Both the position numbers and the translations under genes were made by a program. 27,064 bases of DNA from a virus (taxonomy: Duplodnaviria; Caudoviricetes): positions 1 through 27,064 of IMG/VR virus record IMGVR_UViG_3300031519_000176. One strand, 5' to 3'. Shown piece by piece: positions 1 through 8,533 of this stretch; positions within the stretch are counted from its first letter, which is position 1; each line of letters opens with the position of its first letter. The notes under the pieces were generated by a model. It was not told the DNA's origin, made no database searches, and worked only from the letters and a program-made list of their open reading frames with translations.

Positions 1-107
1 GAGACACTTCGTTGTCTGTTGCTCGGCTATCTACCAGTACAGCAGCCTCTCCACTAGTGTTGATTACGTCTAGAACAGAGCGAGGAGAAGACGTACCAAT
101 ACCAACG
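1..107. repeat. Direct repeat of 26724..26830
   Basis: Identical except position 91 (a vs c). Confidence 0.95.
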
Positions 108-835
108 CTACCGCCGGAGTCGATACGCATACGCTCAGTGCTTAACGTCTTAAGCGCCATTGAGTCGTCAGCATGATCATAGACGATCTGACCCCTAGCC
201 GTGTTAGACGCATCACTAAAGTCTATAGCGCCAAGGTCGGCATCACTACCGCTTCGCACATCAACCCGTACATCGCCAGTGTCTGTAACCATAAGCTTAC
301 GGCTGCCAGATACAGGAGTGCCGCCAATGCCCACGTTCTCACTAGCATCAATCGTGATAGCCGTGGACGTAGCGTTATCGTCGATGCCGGGGAATAGGGC
401 CGTCTGCGCTGCCGCTTGCGTTGTCGCCCCAGTGCCACCCTGGGAGATTCCCAGAACGCCGTCGACTGTTTTCGCGCCGCCGATATTGATTTTCCAGGAT
501 GTTTTAGTTCCGCTGCCGGCGAATCCAAAAACGTCGACCACCAGGGTAGTAGCGCTATAGCTAGTCACGATACAGTCGAGAAAATTTGTTTGAGGCGCCG
601 CAGCATCCGAAATTCTTAGGGGTGTTCCGGCCTGGTAGGGCTTGCCGGAATCCGCCGTCGTGAATGTTTTGGACCCGATGCCAATAGCCACCGAACTGGT
701 TGACGTCGAATTGTAAATGTCCCCGGCCTGAGTGACGAAATCCTCGAATGCATCGGGCAGTCCGTCGACGTAATTGTTCCCCTCAAAATCTGCCAGGGTA
801 TACGTTCTGCCGTTTAAAGTGATTGGATAGGCCAT
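1..835 (-). CDS. Tail fibre / receptor-binding protein, N-terminal part (long allele), runs off the window start
   Basis: Not in the ORF track. ATG at 835 overlaps the upstream stop (TAATG). Manual translation is open to base 1: MAYPITLNGRTYTLADFEG...GIDDNATSTAITIDASENVGIGGTP...TERMRIDSGGSVGIGTSSPRSVLDV. It continues in frame at 26723 if circular. Confidence 0.9.
   Translation of the reverse strand, partial: MAYPITLNGRTYTLADFEGNNYVDGLPDAFEDFVTQAGDIYNSTSTSSVAIGIGSKTFTTADSGKPYQAGTPLRISDAAAPQTNFLDCIVTSYSATTLVVDVFGFAGSGTKTSWKINIGGAKTVDGVLGISQGGTGATTQAAAQTALFPGIDDNATSTAITIDASENVGIGGTPVSGSRKLMVTDTGDVRVDVRSGSDADLGAIDFSDASNTARGQIVYDHADDSMALKTLSTERMRIDSGGSVGIGTSSPRSVLDVINTSGEAAVLVDSRATDNEVS
336..569. 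repeat. Direct repeat of 26831..27064
   Basis: 234 bp with 9 mismatches by manual alignment, 5 of them clustered at 362..369. Confidence 0.93.
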
Positions 836-1689
836 TAGATCAGTTCCTCGATTTCAAATTGGCGACCGTAATATTCAAGCGTCCGGTTCTGTATTGGGCT
901 CGTTGATACTAATCGCCCATAAATATTTTGCGTGATATATGTCGCCGGATCGCCTGGTTGTGGAATTACCAGGATATCTTTAGCAATACCACGCTCTCGG
1001 TCGATATTATTAAACACATTGGAAAAAATTTCAGCCTCGGGAATATTTAAAATCTCAAAAGTAAACCTCCGGAAACGCTCAACCTCATCGATAAACGTCT
1101 GTCCGCCTCGGGATTTAACCACTCTCGAATTATCCACGAATTCAAATTCTCCGCCAAAAGCGTAGTTTGATGACGGCCGATAAGCGGGCCCGGAGATCAT
1201 TCGACCGATTTGAATGTATCCGTCTGTGTTGTTCGTGTCTACGATGTCGACACGCAAATATCGAGCCACTACCTGCGACGACGGAATGTTAAAGGACGAT
1301 ATTGTATAGCTTGCAGCCACGGCTGGGTTTAGAAATCCACCCCAAGAAAAAATGCCCCAGGGCAAGGTCCCGAATTCCTCAACCACTGGCCAGGCATCGA
1401 CCACGCCACTGTCATATTGTGTTGACGCAAAATCCGACACAGTAGACAAACGGAATCGAATCGTTCCGGTTTGGCTTATGTTGTGCCGAATGACTGCCAT
1501 GAAATCGATCACTTTCCCCGCGCCGAAATCCACATCGATCTGTACAGTTGTGGCTGCGTTGGATCGATAAACCTTGACCAGCTGACGGTCCTGCACGTTT
1601 TCAATGGGCAGCGTTGCGACCTCCGAGCTGGCTGTGATAGAGGTCGCCTCATCAATTCGGTTTTGACTTGATAAAATTAAATTCGACAT
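835..1689 (-). CDS. Tail tip / distal tail structural protein
   Basis: 284 aa between the hub-like gene and the fibre; beta-rich N-terminus (QIDVDFG, ARYLRVDI resembles discoidin/CBM-like folds); translationally coupled to neighbours. Confidence 0.6.
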   Translation of the reverse strand: MSNLILSSQNRIDEATSITASSEVATLPIENVQDRQLVKVYRSNAATTVQIDVDFGAGKVIDFMAVIRHNISQTGTIRFRLSTVSDFASTQYDSGVVDAWPVVEEFGTLPWGIFSWGGFLNPAVAASYTISSFNIPSSQVVARYLRVDIVDTNNTDGYIQIGRMISGPAYRPSSNYAFGGEFEFVDNSRVVKSRGGQTFIDEVERFRRFTFEILNIPEAEIFSNVFNNIDRERGIAKDILVIPQPGDPATYITQNIYGRLVSTSPIQNRTLEYYGRQFEIEELI

Positions 1690-1690
1690 T

Positions 1691-3181
1691 TTACCCCCAC
1701 AGCTCTAGCTCTACCTCGCTGATCGCTGCATCCTCAAATAAAGAGATTACGGTGAATAGTTTTCCTGAGTTGAGAGAATACCGCGAAAACGTAATTTTTA
1801 CGATGTCGCCAAGCTTTAGTGTGAACGGTTGCGCCTTGCAGCGTATTCGATAAACATCACGCTGCACCTTATACAAATTCAGCAAACGAGTCGCCTCTGT
1901 TGCGGCGTCGGTCGATGCTGCGAACGCTGAGTCCACATCTAAAAACCTAGCGTTTGGATATATTGCTTCAACCGACGAATCTTTTGCCTCTACGCTTGCC
2001 CCAGATCGCTGAAAGAAATCGGGATCAGCTGCGCCGCTGCCCAGCACATCCTCAGTCAAAACCGTATAATTTTTTTTGTATTTTACAATCACCGTCGAGG
2101 TTGGTGTTTCCGTTGGTAATCGATCCAATTCTATGATGCTGAACGAATCCAGCTCCAGGTCTGCCGTTCCGCTAGGCGCAATCACCCGACCGACATTGAA
2201 TTTTCCGGTTCGGTTAAATCCGTAGAATGCGCCGACCGTGTTGGCGATCTTGTCCATCGTTTCCAAGACGCTGGTTCTGGTTGGCACGTATAACCCCAGG
2301 GGCGCGCTGATGGCCGCGTCTAGGGCGGTAAATGATGCCGTATCGATATCGCCGGGATCGCTTAAACCTCCATATTGAACCGCCAGAAGCCGCAAAATGT
2401 CCGATGCCGTTTCCTTGTACGATCCACTCGGCTTTGCGCCTTTTACGTCGCAGGTAATCACCCCGGTGACAGTGCCCGACATTGTGAACCGTCCATTTGC
2501 CAGATCCGCCGTGAACCCCGTGGTTGCCACACCGTTTTCGTAAACTGCCACAATAGATTGGATTTGACCGTCATGCACCTGATAAACGGCGCTCGATTCA
2601 TCAACTAAAATCGGCGTTATATTGAAGACCTCGCCCAGTGTGATGGGCTTGGAAACGCCTTGCATTATCGCGCTCCCTTCATTGCCTCCGGTCCCTGCGT
2701 AGGTATTCGGGGGAAATGTCCGGGTGAATTTGTCTTGACCGTCACGAATCACAATCCGAACCTGGAGGTCGTCGAATTCCACAGATTTTGACTGCCCTTT
2801 GAAAATCGTAAAATGCTGCGATAGGTTGGCGCCCTTTTCTCCCACCTTTACCTCAACGCCGCGATCGTCCCAGGCATACCCCGAGAATGCATCCAAACCG
2901 CCGTCAGCATTCGCCAGCTCAATGGCGCCGAACGACGGGGTGGAATTCCCTCCCAGTTTTGTGGATTGAAACATGGCGCGTTCAAAATTCAGCGCCTCAA
3001 TCACCCTGGGCTCGAAGTAAGTATTTGCGGGTGACTCGCTCGGGCTTGATACATAACCCCGATCCGACAGATATACCGTCGTTTCAGCCCCCGCACCCAA
3101 GTCATATGGGGTCAAAATAACAAGATAGGATTTTGCTGAATATGGATTTTCAACCAATTCCTGGAGCGTCGTTGCAACCAT
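1691..3181 (-). CDS. Tail hub / tip protein
   Basis: 496 aa directly after the tape measure gene; KPITLGEVFNITP and C-terminal LKLGDIVKIT resemble phage tail hub proteins. Confidence 0.65.
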   Translation of the reverse strand: MVATTLQELVENPYSAKSYLVILTPYDLGAGAETTVYLSDRGYVSSPSESPANTYFEPRVIEALNFERAMFQSTKLGGNSTPSFGAIELANADGGLDAFSGYAWDDRGVEVKVGEKGANLSQHFTIFKGQSKSVEFDDLQVRIVIRDGQDKFTRTFPPNTYAGTGGNEGSAIMQGVSKPITLGEVFNITPILVDESSAVYQVHDGQIQSIVAVYENGVATTGFTADLANGRFTMSGTVTGVITCDVKGAKPSGSYKETASDILRLLAVQYGGLSDPGDIDTASFTALDAAISAPLGLYVPTRTSVLETMDKIANTVGAFYGFNRTGKFNVGRVIAPSGTADLELDSFSIIELDRLPTETPTSTVIVKYKKNYTVLTEDVLGSGAADPDFFQRSGASVEAKDSSVEAIYPNARFLDVDSAFAASTDAATEATRLLNLYKVQRDVYRIRCKAQPFTLKLGDIVKITFSRYSLNSGKLFTVISLFEDAAISEVELELWG

Positions 3182-6100
3182 TATCCTCGGCCACCCGCCA
3201 ACGCTCGACCCGATTCGATCCGGGTAAATTGTCGACGCAAATCGGAAATCTCATCACGCACCTCGTGGACCGCTTTTATTAGCTCCTTTCCGCCCTTGTC
3301 CCCTATCGGTGACACCGTTCCACCTTGCCCAGGTATAAATAGCTCCGGGCCATTCTCCCCGACGATCGACGCCTGTCCACGCTCTAGCGAACCGCCGAAC
3401 TCGCGATTCACGACCGAAGAAGCTGCCATATACATATTTGCAAAATCCTGGTCCATATTGAAATCTTCAAAAGATAGCTGGATGTCGGAAATTTGATTCG
3501 CCAAAAAATTATAAATTTCTTCTGCAAACCCCGGTCCCATTTCATTCAGTCCCTCGGCGACATTTCGATGGCGCGCAAGGTCCGAGCCGGCGGGGAGAAT
3601 TCCACGCATTGTGGTCGGAACGATAGACTGTTCAAGTGCATCATAACCACCGCGAGTGGTTCGCCGGTACAACCGACCACCGATTCCGGTATTTTCACCT
3701 AACTGCTTCAGGGCTTCTTGATAGCTTTCTTGAACATAATCGCGAGAACCCCGATAAATAGACAGCTTTTGCCGGCTTTCGGGCTCTCCGCCAAAAATTG
3801 ATGCAAAAATCGCGCCAAAAATTCTATCCAAGATGGCTAAAATTGCTATGCTTGCCGGGTCAAATCCCACGAACCCGCCACCTTCAAATCCGGGCAGTTC
3901 CATTTTTCCGGCGTTCAACATATCAAAAAAGCCGGTTCCAAACTTGCTAACACTGCCGGCGTTTATGACGTACTCCCCAGCCGAAAGTCGCGCCAGAACC
4001 TTGTCATCTTTTGGACCTCCGGCGCCAAACACTCGGCCACCGTCCGCAAATCCTGGCGCACCAACTTCGCCACCCTCCGCCAGTCCAGGGATTAGGCTTT
4101 TAACAAAATTTAAGCCGACCGAAACAATCGCTTCCGCCGCTATAGCCTGCAAACCTGCGATGATGGAGTCTACAAAACTCGAAAATTTCAGCTCTCCAGA
4201 TGCAAAAAAACCAGCGAACGCGCCTTCAAGTTCCGTCAGTGAGCCATTTAATAAATCGATAGCGCCGTCACCCGATGCGCCGGCTCCGATGGCATCGAAA
4301 AATCCGCGAATCTTATTCAGCATTGGAACACCGAAGAGCTGTCCCGCCGCCGTTTCTGATTCCTTGAGTCTGTTTTCAAGCTTGTCTAGGGCCTCATCTG
4401 GGTCTGTTCCCTTTGCAATTTCGCGGTAGTAGTCCCTGATCATTTGCTGGCCATCGGGCCCCGCCAGGTCATTAGCGGCCGTTTTTGCTGCTTCAAGGCG
4501 AGACTTTAGCGTTTGCAGTGTTGCGTTCGCTGCGCCTGTATTTTCACCTAGTGCATCAATCTGAGACTGAAGGGAATCTATTTCTCTCTCGGCCTGTCGC
4601 ACGGGGTCAATAATGCCGGTCATTTCTGCGTTAAAATCTGACAGGGCATCATTGTATTCGTCTTGGGTAATTTTTCCCGCAGTAAGTAGCTGATCTAAAT
4701 TTCTGATTGACTCTTGATAATCTTCGACCTCTGTCGTGGTGCCCCTTATGCTATCCAGTAAATCAATTTGAGCGTCCGTGAGTCCTTGGGTTTTTAAAAT
4801 GATATCGACTTGCTCATCCTTCAGCTTTTCCAGAGCAACCCGCATTGCATTCAGCTGAGACTCGTTTTGCCCACCGCTCGCGACGGCGGCATCAATGGCC
4901 GCTGTCAAGGCTTCTTGCTCATCGGTGTTTTTCTTTAATTCATCCTCAACGCCGGTCAATTCTCTGGTCATTTCCGCCAGCATTCGGTTGAATTCTTCGC
5001 CCTCAATTTCTCCCTTATTGAGCTGATCACTAAGAATTTTTACTTTCTTTTGAAAATCATCAATGGCCTTTGTCGGTGCCTGTGTCTTTTCCTTTAGCTT
5101 TTCAAGGGCCTCTCTGAAGTCGTCGGTCTTTACCGCTGCTTTTGCGGATTCGTCCGCGACTTCATCCACTGCATCGGCGTGATCAGAAAGGGGTCTTTCA
5201 ACGTCGTCGGTCGTGTCTAATAAATCATTGAGCGACTTTTCAAGGTCATCGGTTGAATCTGTCGCATCATCGGAACCGCCCACCATGTCGTCAAGAGAGT
5301 CGGTCGCCGCGACGATATCGTCGGAAAAGAAAACCGCCGCCGTGCTGATTGCCGCCATCGCCAGGCCAATGGGACCAAGAGCCGCCTGGGTAGCTATAGC
5401 CGCGACCCGAACCGTCGCCAGAGCCTTGCCCAGCTGGATCAGAGCGATGGCAAACTGCGCTACCTTGGTAACGGCCATAACTGCGATGAACGCGCCGAAA
5501 AGCTTGGTGATGGTGCCCAAATTATCCAATAAGAACTCAAACCCGTCGAGAAGTTTACCCGTCAACGGAACCGCCATTTTTGCCAGCTTTTCGGCGACCT
5601 TTTCCATTTGCGGAGCCGCTTCCGATAGTCCTTTGACCATCGCAGCCTGAACGATTCCCTGAAATTTGGTCATTGAATCGTTAAATGATTCGATCTGACC
5701 CAGCGCGTTGTCGTCTATTTCAAGGCCCAGCGCCTTGAACTCATCGCGCAAATCCTCCAGCCCCTCAGAGCCGTGATCAAGGAAATTGATCAGCTTTATG
5801 CCGCGATTCGAAAATAGATCGGACGCCGCCGCTGCGCGTTCCGCTGGGGTTTTTAAGTTCTTGAATTCGTCCGCGATTATCTTCAGCTGTTGATCTAGCG
5901 GTAATGTCGCCAGCTTTTCGGCGGATATGCCGAAATCCTCCAATCGCTCGCGCGCGATTCCGGTTCCCTCGGCCGCCTCACCGACTCGCTTTTGAAAAAT
6001 TTCCATCAGCTTGCTGAATGTGCCGGTTTCGACCCCGGCATAATTTGCCGCCAGCTGTAGCGCGCCCAGATCCTTCGCGGCCAGCCCTAGCCTGGACGAT

Positions 6101-6321
6101 GTTTTCGCCAGGTTGTCGGCTGTTTCAAGCGCCTTTTTCGCCATTAAACCAAACCCAGCGGCACCCGCAGCAAGGCCCAGGGCTCCGGTCATTCCGCCCA
6201 GGCTGGATTTAATTTTGCCTATAGCTTTATTGGCATTATCTAAGTTGCCTCGAAGCGATTTTGTGGCTTTTCCGGTGTTGTCTTTGCCGTCAAAGACGAC
6301 CTTTACGGTTTGATTTGCCAT
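3181..6321 (-). CDS. Tail tape measure protein
   Basis: 1046 aa, Ala/Leu-rich helical/coiled coil with a hydrophobic segment, C-terminal FADGG...LSAGEYV and VGENGPELFIP motifs; follows the chaperone genes. Confidence 0.93.
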   Translation of the reverse strand: MANQTVKVVFDGKDNTGKATKSLRGNLDNANKAIGKIKSSLGGMTGALGLAAGAAGFGLMAKKALETADNLAKTSSRLGLAAKDLGALQLAANYAGVETGTFSKLMEIFQKRVGEAAEGTGIARERLEDFGISAEKLATLPLDQQLKIIADEFKNLKTPAERAAAASDLFSNRGIKLINFLDHGSEGLEDLRDEFKALGLEIDDNALGQIESFNDSMTKFQGIVQAAMVKGLSEAAPQMEKVAEKLAKMAVPLTGKLLDGFEFLLDNLGTITKLFGAFIAVMAVTKVAQFAIALIQLGKALATVRVAAIATQAALGPIGLAMAAISTAAVFFSDDIVAATDSLDDMVGGSDDATDSTDDLEKSLNDLLDTTDDVERPLSDHADAVDEVADESAKAAVKTDDFREALEKLKEKTQAPTKAIDDFQKKVKILSDQLNKGEIEGEEFNRMLAEMTRELTGVEDELKKNTDEQEALTAAIDAAVASGGQNESQLNAMRVALEKLKDEQVDIILKTQGLTDAQIDLLDSIRGTTTEVEDYQESIRNLDQLLTAGKITQDEYNDALSDFNAEMTGIIDPVRQAEREIDSLQSQIDALGENTGAANATLQTLKSRLEAAKTAANDLAGPDGQQMIRDYYREIAKGTDPDEALDKLENRLKESETAAGQLFGVPMLNKIRGFFDAIGAGASGDGAIDLLNGSLTELEGAFAGFFASGELKFSSFVDSIIAGLQAIAAEAIVSVGLNFVKSLIPGLAEGGEVGAPGFADGGRVFGAGGPKDDKVLARLSAGEYVINAGSVSKFGTGFFDMLNAGKMELPGFEGGGFVGFDPASIAILAILDRIFGAIFASIFGGEPESRQKLSIYRGSRDYVQESYQEALKQLGENTGIGGRLYRRTTRGGYDALEQSIVPTTMRGILPAGSDLARHRNVAEGLNEMGPGFAEEIYNFLANQISDIQLSFEDFNMDQDFANMYMAASSVVNREFGGSLERGQASIVGENGPELFIPGQGGTVSPIGDKGGKELIKAVHEVRDEISDLRRQFTRIESGRALAGGRG

Positions 6322-6493
6322 TCATCGCTTCCTTTCGCTGCGCTTCATATTCCTCGTGCTGTAATTTGAGGAATATCGACCATTCGATGAATTCCTCGAC
6401 GGCCATTTCGGCTTCCAGCTGGGCCACGGTCATACCCAGCTTTTCGGCTAAAATGAATCTAAATTTTCGATCCGCCGATTCCCTTAGTTTTTT
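6290..6493 (-). CDS. Tail assembly chaperone gpT-like extension, reached by -1 frameshift
   Basis: -1 frame after A AAA AAC reads KKLRESADRKFRFILAEKLGMTVAQLEAEMAVEEFIEW...KGRL*, a typical gpT pattern; fills the gap before the tape measure gene. Confidence 0.85.
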   Translation of the reverse strand, partial: KKLRESADRKFRFILAEKLGMTVAQLEAEMAVEEFIEWSIFLKLQHEEYEAQRKEAMNGKSNRKGRL

Positions 6494-6840
6494 TCGATCG
6501 CTGCCTCATCGCTGGACATTATCGAGTTTGCAATACGCGCCACGACATTTGCATCAACGTCATTTCTTAGAGCGTTTTTGTCCTCAATGGTGAAAAGCTT
6601 GTCGCCCTCCTCATCCATCAATTTCATAATCAACAGCTCGGCCAAAACATCCGCCTGGCTTTGCTTTTCGGTGATGTATTGCAATCGCCCTTGATCCTTC
6701 AGAGTGAAGGGGGTCGAATAGGCCACCATCGGCCCTTCATCGTCCCCCCATTCTGGGATTTCGACGCGCTTTAGTGGCTTCGATTTGTAATGCTCCGACG
6801 CCCTTTGAATTGCTGTCGATTTCCGCTTCGCGGCCGGCAT
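6484..6840 (-). CDS. Tail assembly chaperone (gpG-like)
   Basis: 118 aa between tail tube and tape measure genes; VEIPEWG motif; ends in the slippery site. Confidence 0.85.
   Translation of the reverse strand: MPAAKRKSTAIQRASEHYKSKPLKRVEIPEWGDDEGPMVAYSTPFTLKDQGRLQYITEKQSQADVLAELLIMKLMDEEGDKLFTIEDKNALRNDVDANVVARIANSIMSSDEAAIEKN
6487..6493 (-). other. Programmed -1 ribosomal frameshift heptamer A AAA AAC
   Basis: GAA AAA AAC TAA at the end of the chaperone gene, in correct X XXY YYZ phase. Confidence 0.85.
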
Positions 6841-6842
6841 TA

Positions 6843-7232
6843 TTAAACCGTGCTCTCGGTCAATGCTCCGGTGCCCTGAAGGCTGAGAGATGCTTCGACC
6901 ATGCCATCAAATGAGCCCGTGATGGTTCGACCCGTAACGAGTGCAGTTCCGGAGAGCTGGTGAGCGCCAGTCGTGTCGCCTTCCATCTGGAAATTCACCG
7001 TGATCTCACTGCCGACCGTCATTGCGCCCTGGCCAGATGTGTCGCTGTCATCGAAAAATACATCAACAGAACCCGAAAAAGACTTCAGGCTGGTTTTAAA
7101 TGTGCGATATGTGTCGCCCATTGCAGTATCTTCGATTGTGTCCATAGTTTCATCGACACTATAAGAACGGATTTCCGCGATCGCGTCACTTCCGACCTTT
7201 ACGGTTCCGCTGTTTCCCTTGAATGTTGCCAT
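6843..7232 (-). CDS. Major tail tube protein
   Basis: 129 aa, G/S/T-rich; IEDTAMGD and C-terminal SLQGTGAL pattern typical of siphovirus tail tubes; position. Confidence 0.85.
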   Translation of the reverse strand: MATFKGNSGTVKVGSDAIAEIRSYSVDETMDTIEDTAMGDTYRTFKTSLKSFSGSVDVFFDDSDTSGQGAMTVGSEITVNFQMEGDTTGAHQLSGTALVTGRTITGSFDGMVEASLSLQGTGALTESTV

Positions 7233-7395
7233 TGCTCAAACCCTCATCGGTTGCTATTTCGATCGCTTGATCGTTTTTTACTTTAGCTGATCCATTAATG
7301 GTCCAGCCGTTTGCTATAAGGCGAATCGAGTCCACCTCATAAACCTCTATTGGCTCGCCGCCCTTGGGTGGCCAAACCTTGATCCTTGTTGCCAT
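7186..7395 (-). CDS. Small hypothetical virion-module protein
   Basis: 69 aa, strong AGGAGG SD upstream, fills the gap between tail terminator and tube genes. Confidence 0.65.
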   Translation of the reverse strand: MATRIKVWPPKGGEPIEVYEVDSIRLIANGWTINGSAKVKNDQAIEIATDEGLSNGNIQGKQRNRKGRK

Positions 7396-7403
7396 GCTGC
7401 CTC

Positions 7404-7847
7404 CTATGCCGCAGTGCCGGCGTTGTTCTCCAAGGTTGCATAATCAACCAAAACAGAAAAACGCGCCACCCCAACAGGTTGGTCGCCGTCGCCTGAGAAA
7501 TCGGCTTCGAATGCGGTGACCCTGGTATCCTTCGCCAGTCCGCCGCGAGTAATGTCCACCGCTAAAGCTTCCTCGACTTCCTCGCTGATTGTATCTATAT
7601 CGGCGTCAAAATTCGACACCCCTTTCACAAATGCTTCAATTCTTACTGTGAGCGTCCGCAATTGCGTCCTGGGGGGCGTGATTGTTGACAGCTCTATTTC
7701 CTCGCTATCGGTAAAAACCGCCAGGCCCGGAAGTTTAGAGTCTGCCAATGGATAAACGCGGGTCGGGTAAACATTCGACCCTGTGGTCGCCAGGCCGGTT
7801 AGGGTGGTCACAATATTATTTCTAATCTGGTTTCTAACGTGCGCCAT
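7404..7847 (-). CDS. Tail terminator / completion protein (gpU-like)
   Basis: 147 aa; MAHVRNQIR start, LPGLAVFT, acidic helix DTISEEVEEAL; position. Confidence 0.75.
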   Translation of the reverse strand: MAHVRNQIRNNIVTTLTGLATTGSNVYPTRVYPLADSKLPGLAVFTDSEEIELSTITPPRTQLRTLTVRIEAFVKGVSNFDADIDTISEEVEEALAVDITRGGLAKDTRVTAFEADFSGDGDQPVGVARFSVLVDYATLENNAGTAA

Positions 7848-8158
7848 TATTGCGCTTCCAGCTGCATCATGGTCACCCCGGTTCCATCATCCATCACGAC
7901 CCGTATTATATAACTTGCCGAACCCACTATTAACGCATCGCCTTCAGCGGCGCCCGATACGTCTGCCGTGCTGCACTGAAAGGTCGGCGAACTTGCAGCA
8001 AATCCAATTGACCCGCCAGCATCGATCTGGTCGTAATCATCTTCAAAAATTCCATTTATTGATACAGGACCACCGCCGCTCGGGGTGTAGGTTGCAGATG
8101 ACCCGAACCCGTCAACGTCAAAAAATATTGCGCGTTCGATTTCTGTTTCAATTCCCAC
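7847..8158 (-). CDS. Head-tail joining / head closure protein (gpFII-like)
   Basis: 103 aa beta-rich with GDALIV...Y...DDGTG pattern; GGAGG SD before a GTG start. Confidence 0.75.
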   Translation of the reverse strand: MGIETEIERAIFFDVDGFGSSATYTPSGGGPVSINGIFEDDYDQIDAGGSIGFAASSPTFQCSTADVSGAAEGDALIVGSASYIIRVVMDDGTGVTMMQLEAQ

Positions 8159-8234
8159 TAAACCCTCCGGTATTAGGTCATGGATTCCGTTTGATCAATA
8201 TTGTATCCCAGTCAGGACTCCGTGGGAATTTTCA

Positions 8235-8465
8235 TCACTTGCCTTTTGCCTTTTGCTTTCCAGGCTTTCGCGTCGTCACATCTTCGGCTTCTGATTTATT
8301 CAATCCGATCGCTCGATTTGTCGCTGCTTTTTCGGGTTCGGAATAGGGGATCGCACGACCTCGACCGATAAGATTCGCCGCCTCGGAACCCGTCACATCT
8401 AAAACTTCGCCAATTTCGCAGTGCTTTCCATCCCAAAATATTGAGCTTCTTAGTTTGATCTTCAT
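8235..8465 (-). CDS. Small basic protein after the capsid gene (possible gpFI-like packaging/head accessory)
   Basis: 76 aa from ATG 8465 (MKIKLRSS...GEVLDV...AANLIGRGRA) with AAGGA SD; the longer upstream extension overlaps the capsid gene and is unlikely. Confidence 0.7.
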   Translation of the reverse strand: MKIKLRSSIFWDGKHCEIGEVLDVTGSEAANLIGRGRAIPYSEPEKAATNRAIGLNKSEAEDVTTRKPGKQKAKGK

Positions 8466-8490
8466 GTTTTGTGAGTCCTTTCTTTCGCTG

Positions 8491-8521
8491 AAAAGAAAAA
8501 AAAGGCGCCCGGAGGCGCCTT
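8491..8521 (-). terminator. Intrinsic terminator after the capsid gene
   Basis: AAGGCGCC-TCCG-GGCGCCTT hairpin followed by a long T tract on the minus strand, just after the capsid stop. Confidence 0.85.
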
Positions 8522-8533
8522 GTACTGATTGGC

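Noticed and set aside
1-569. Diversity-generating retroelement (TR/VR pair) explaining the near-identical repeats
   Set aside because: No reverse transcriptase ORF, mismatches are not confined to adenines of one copy, and both copies are coding alleles of the same gene region.
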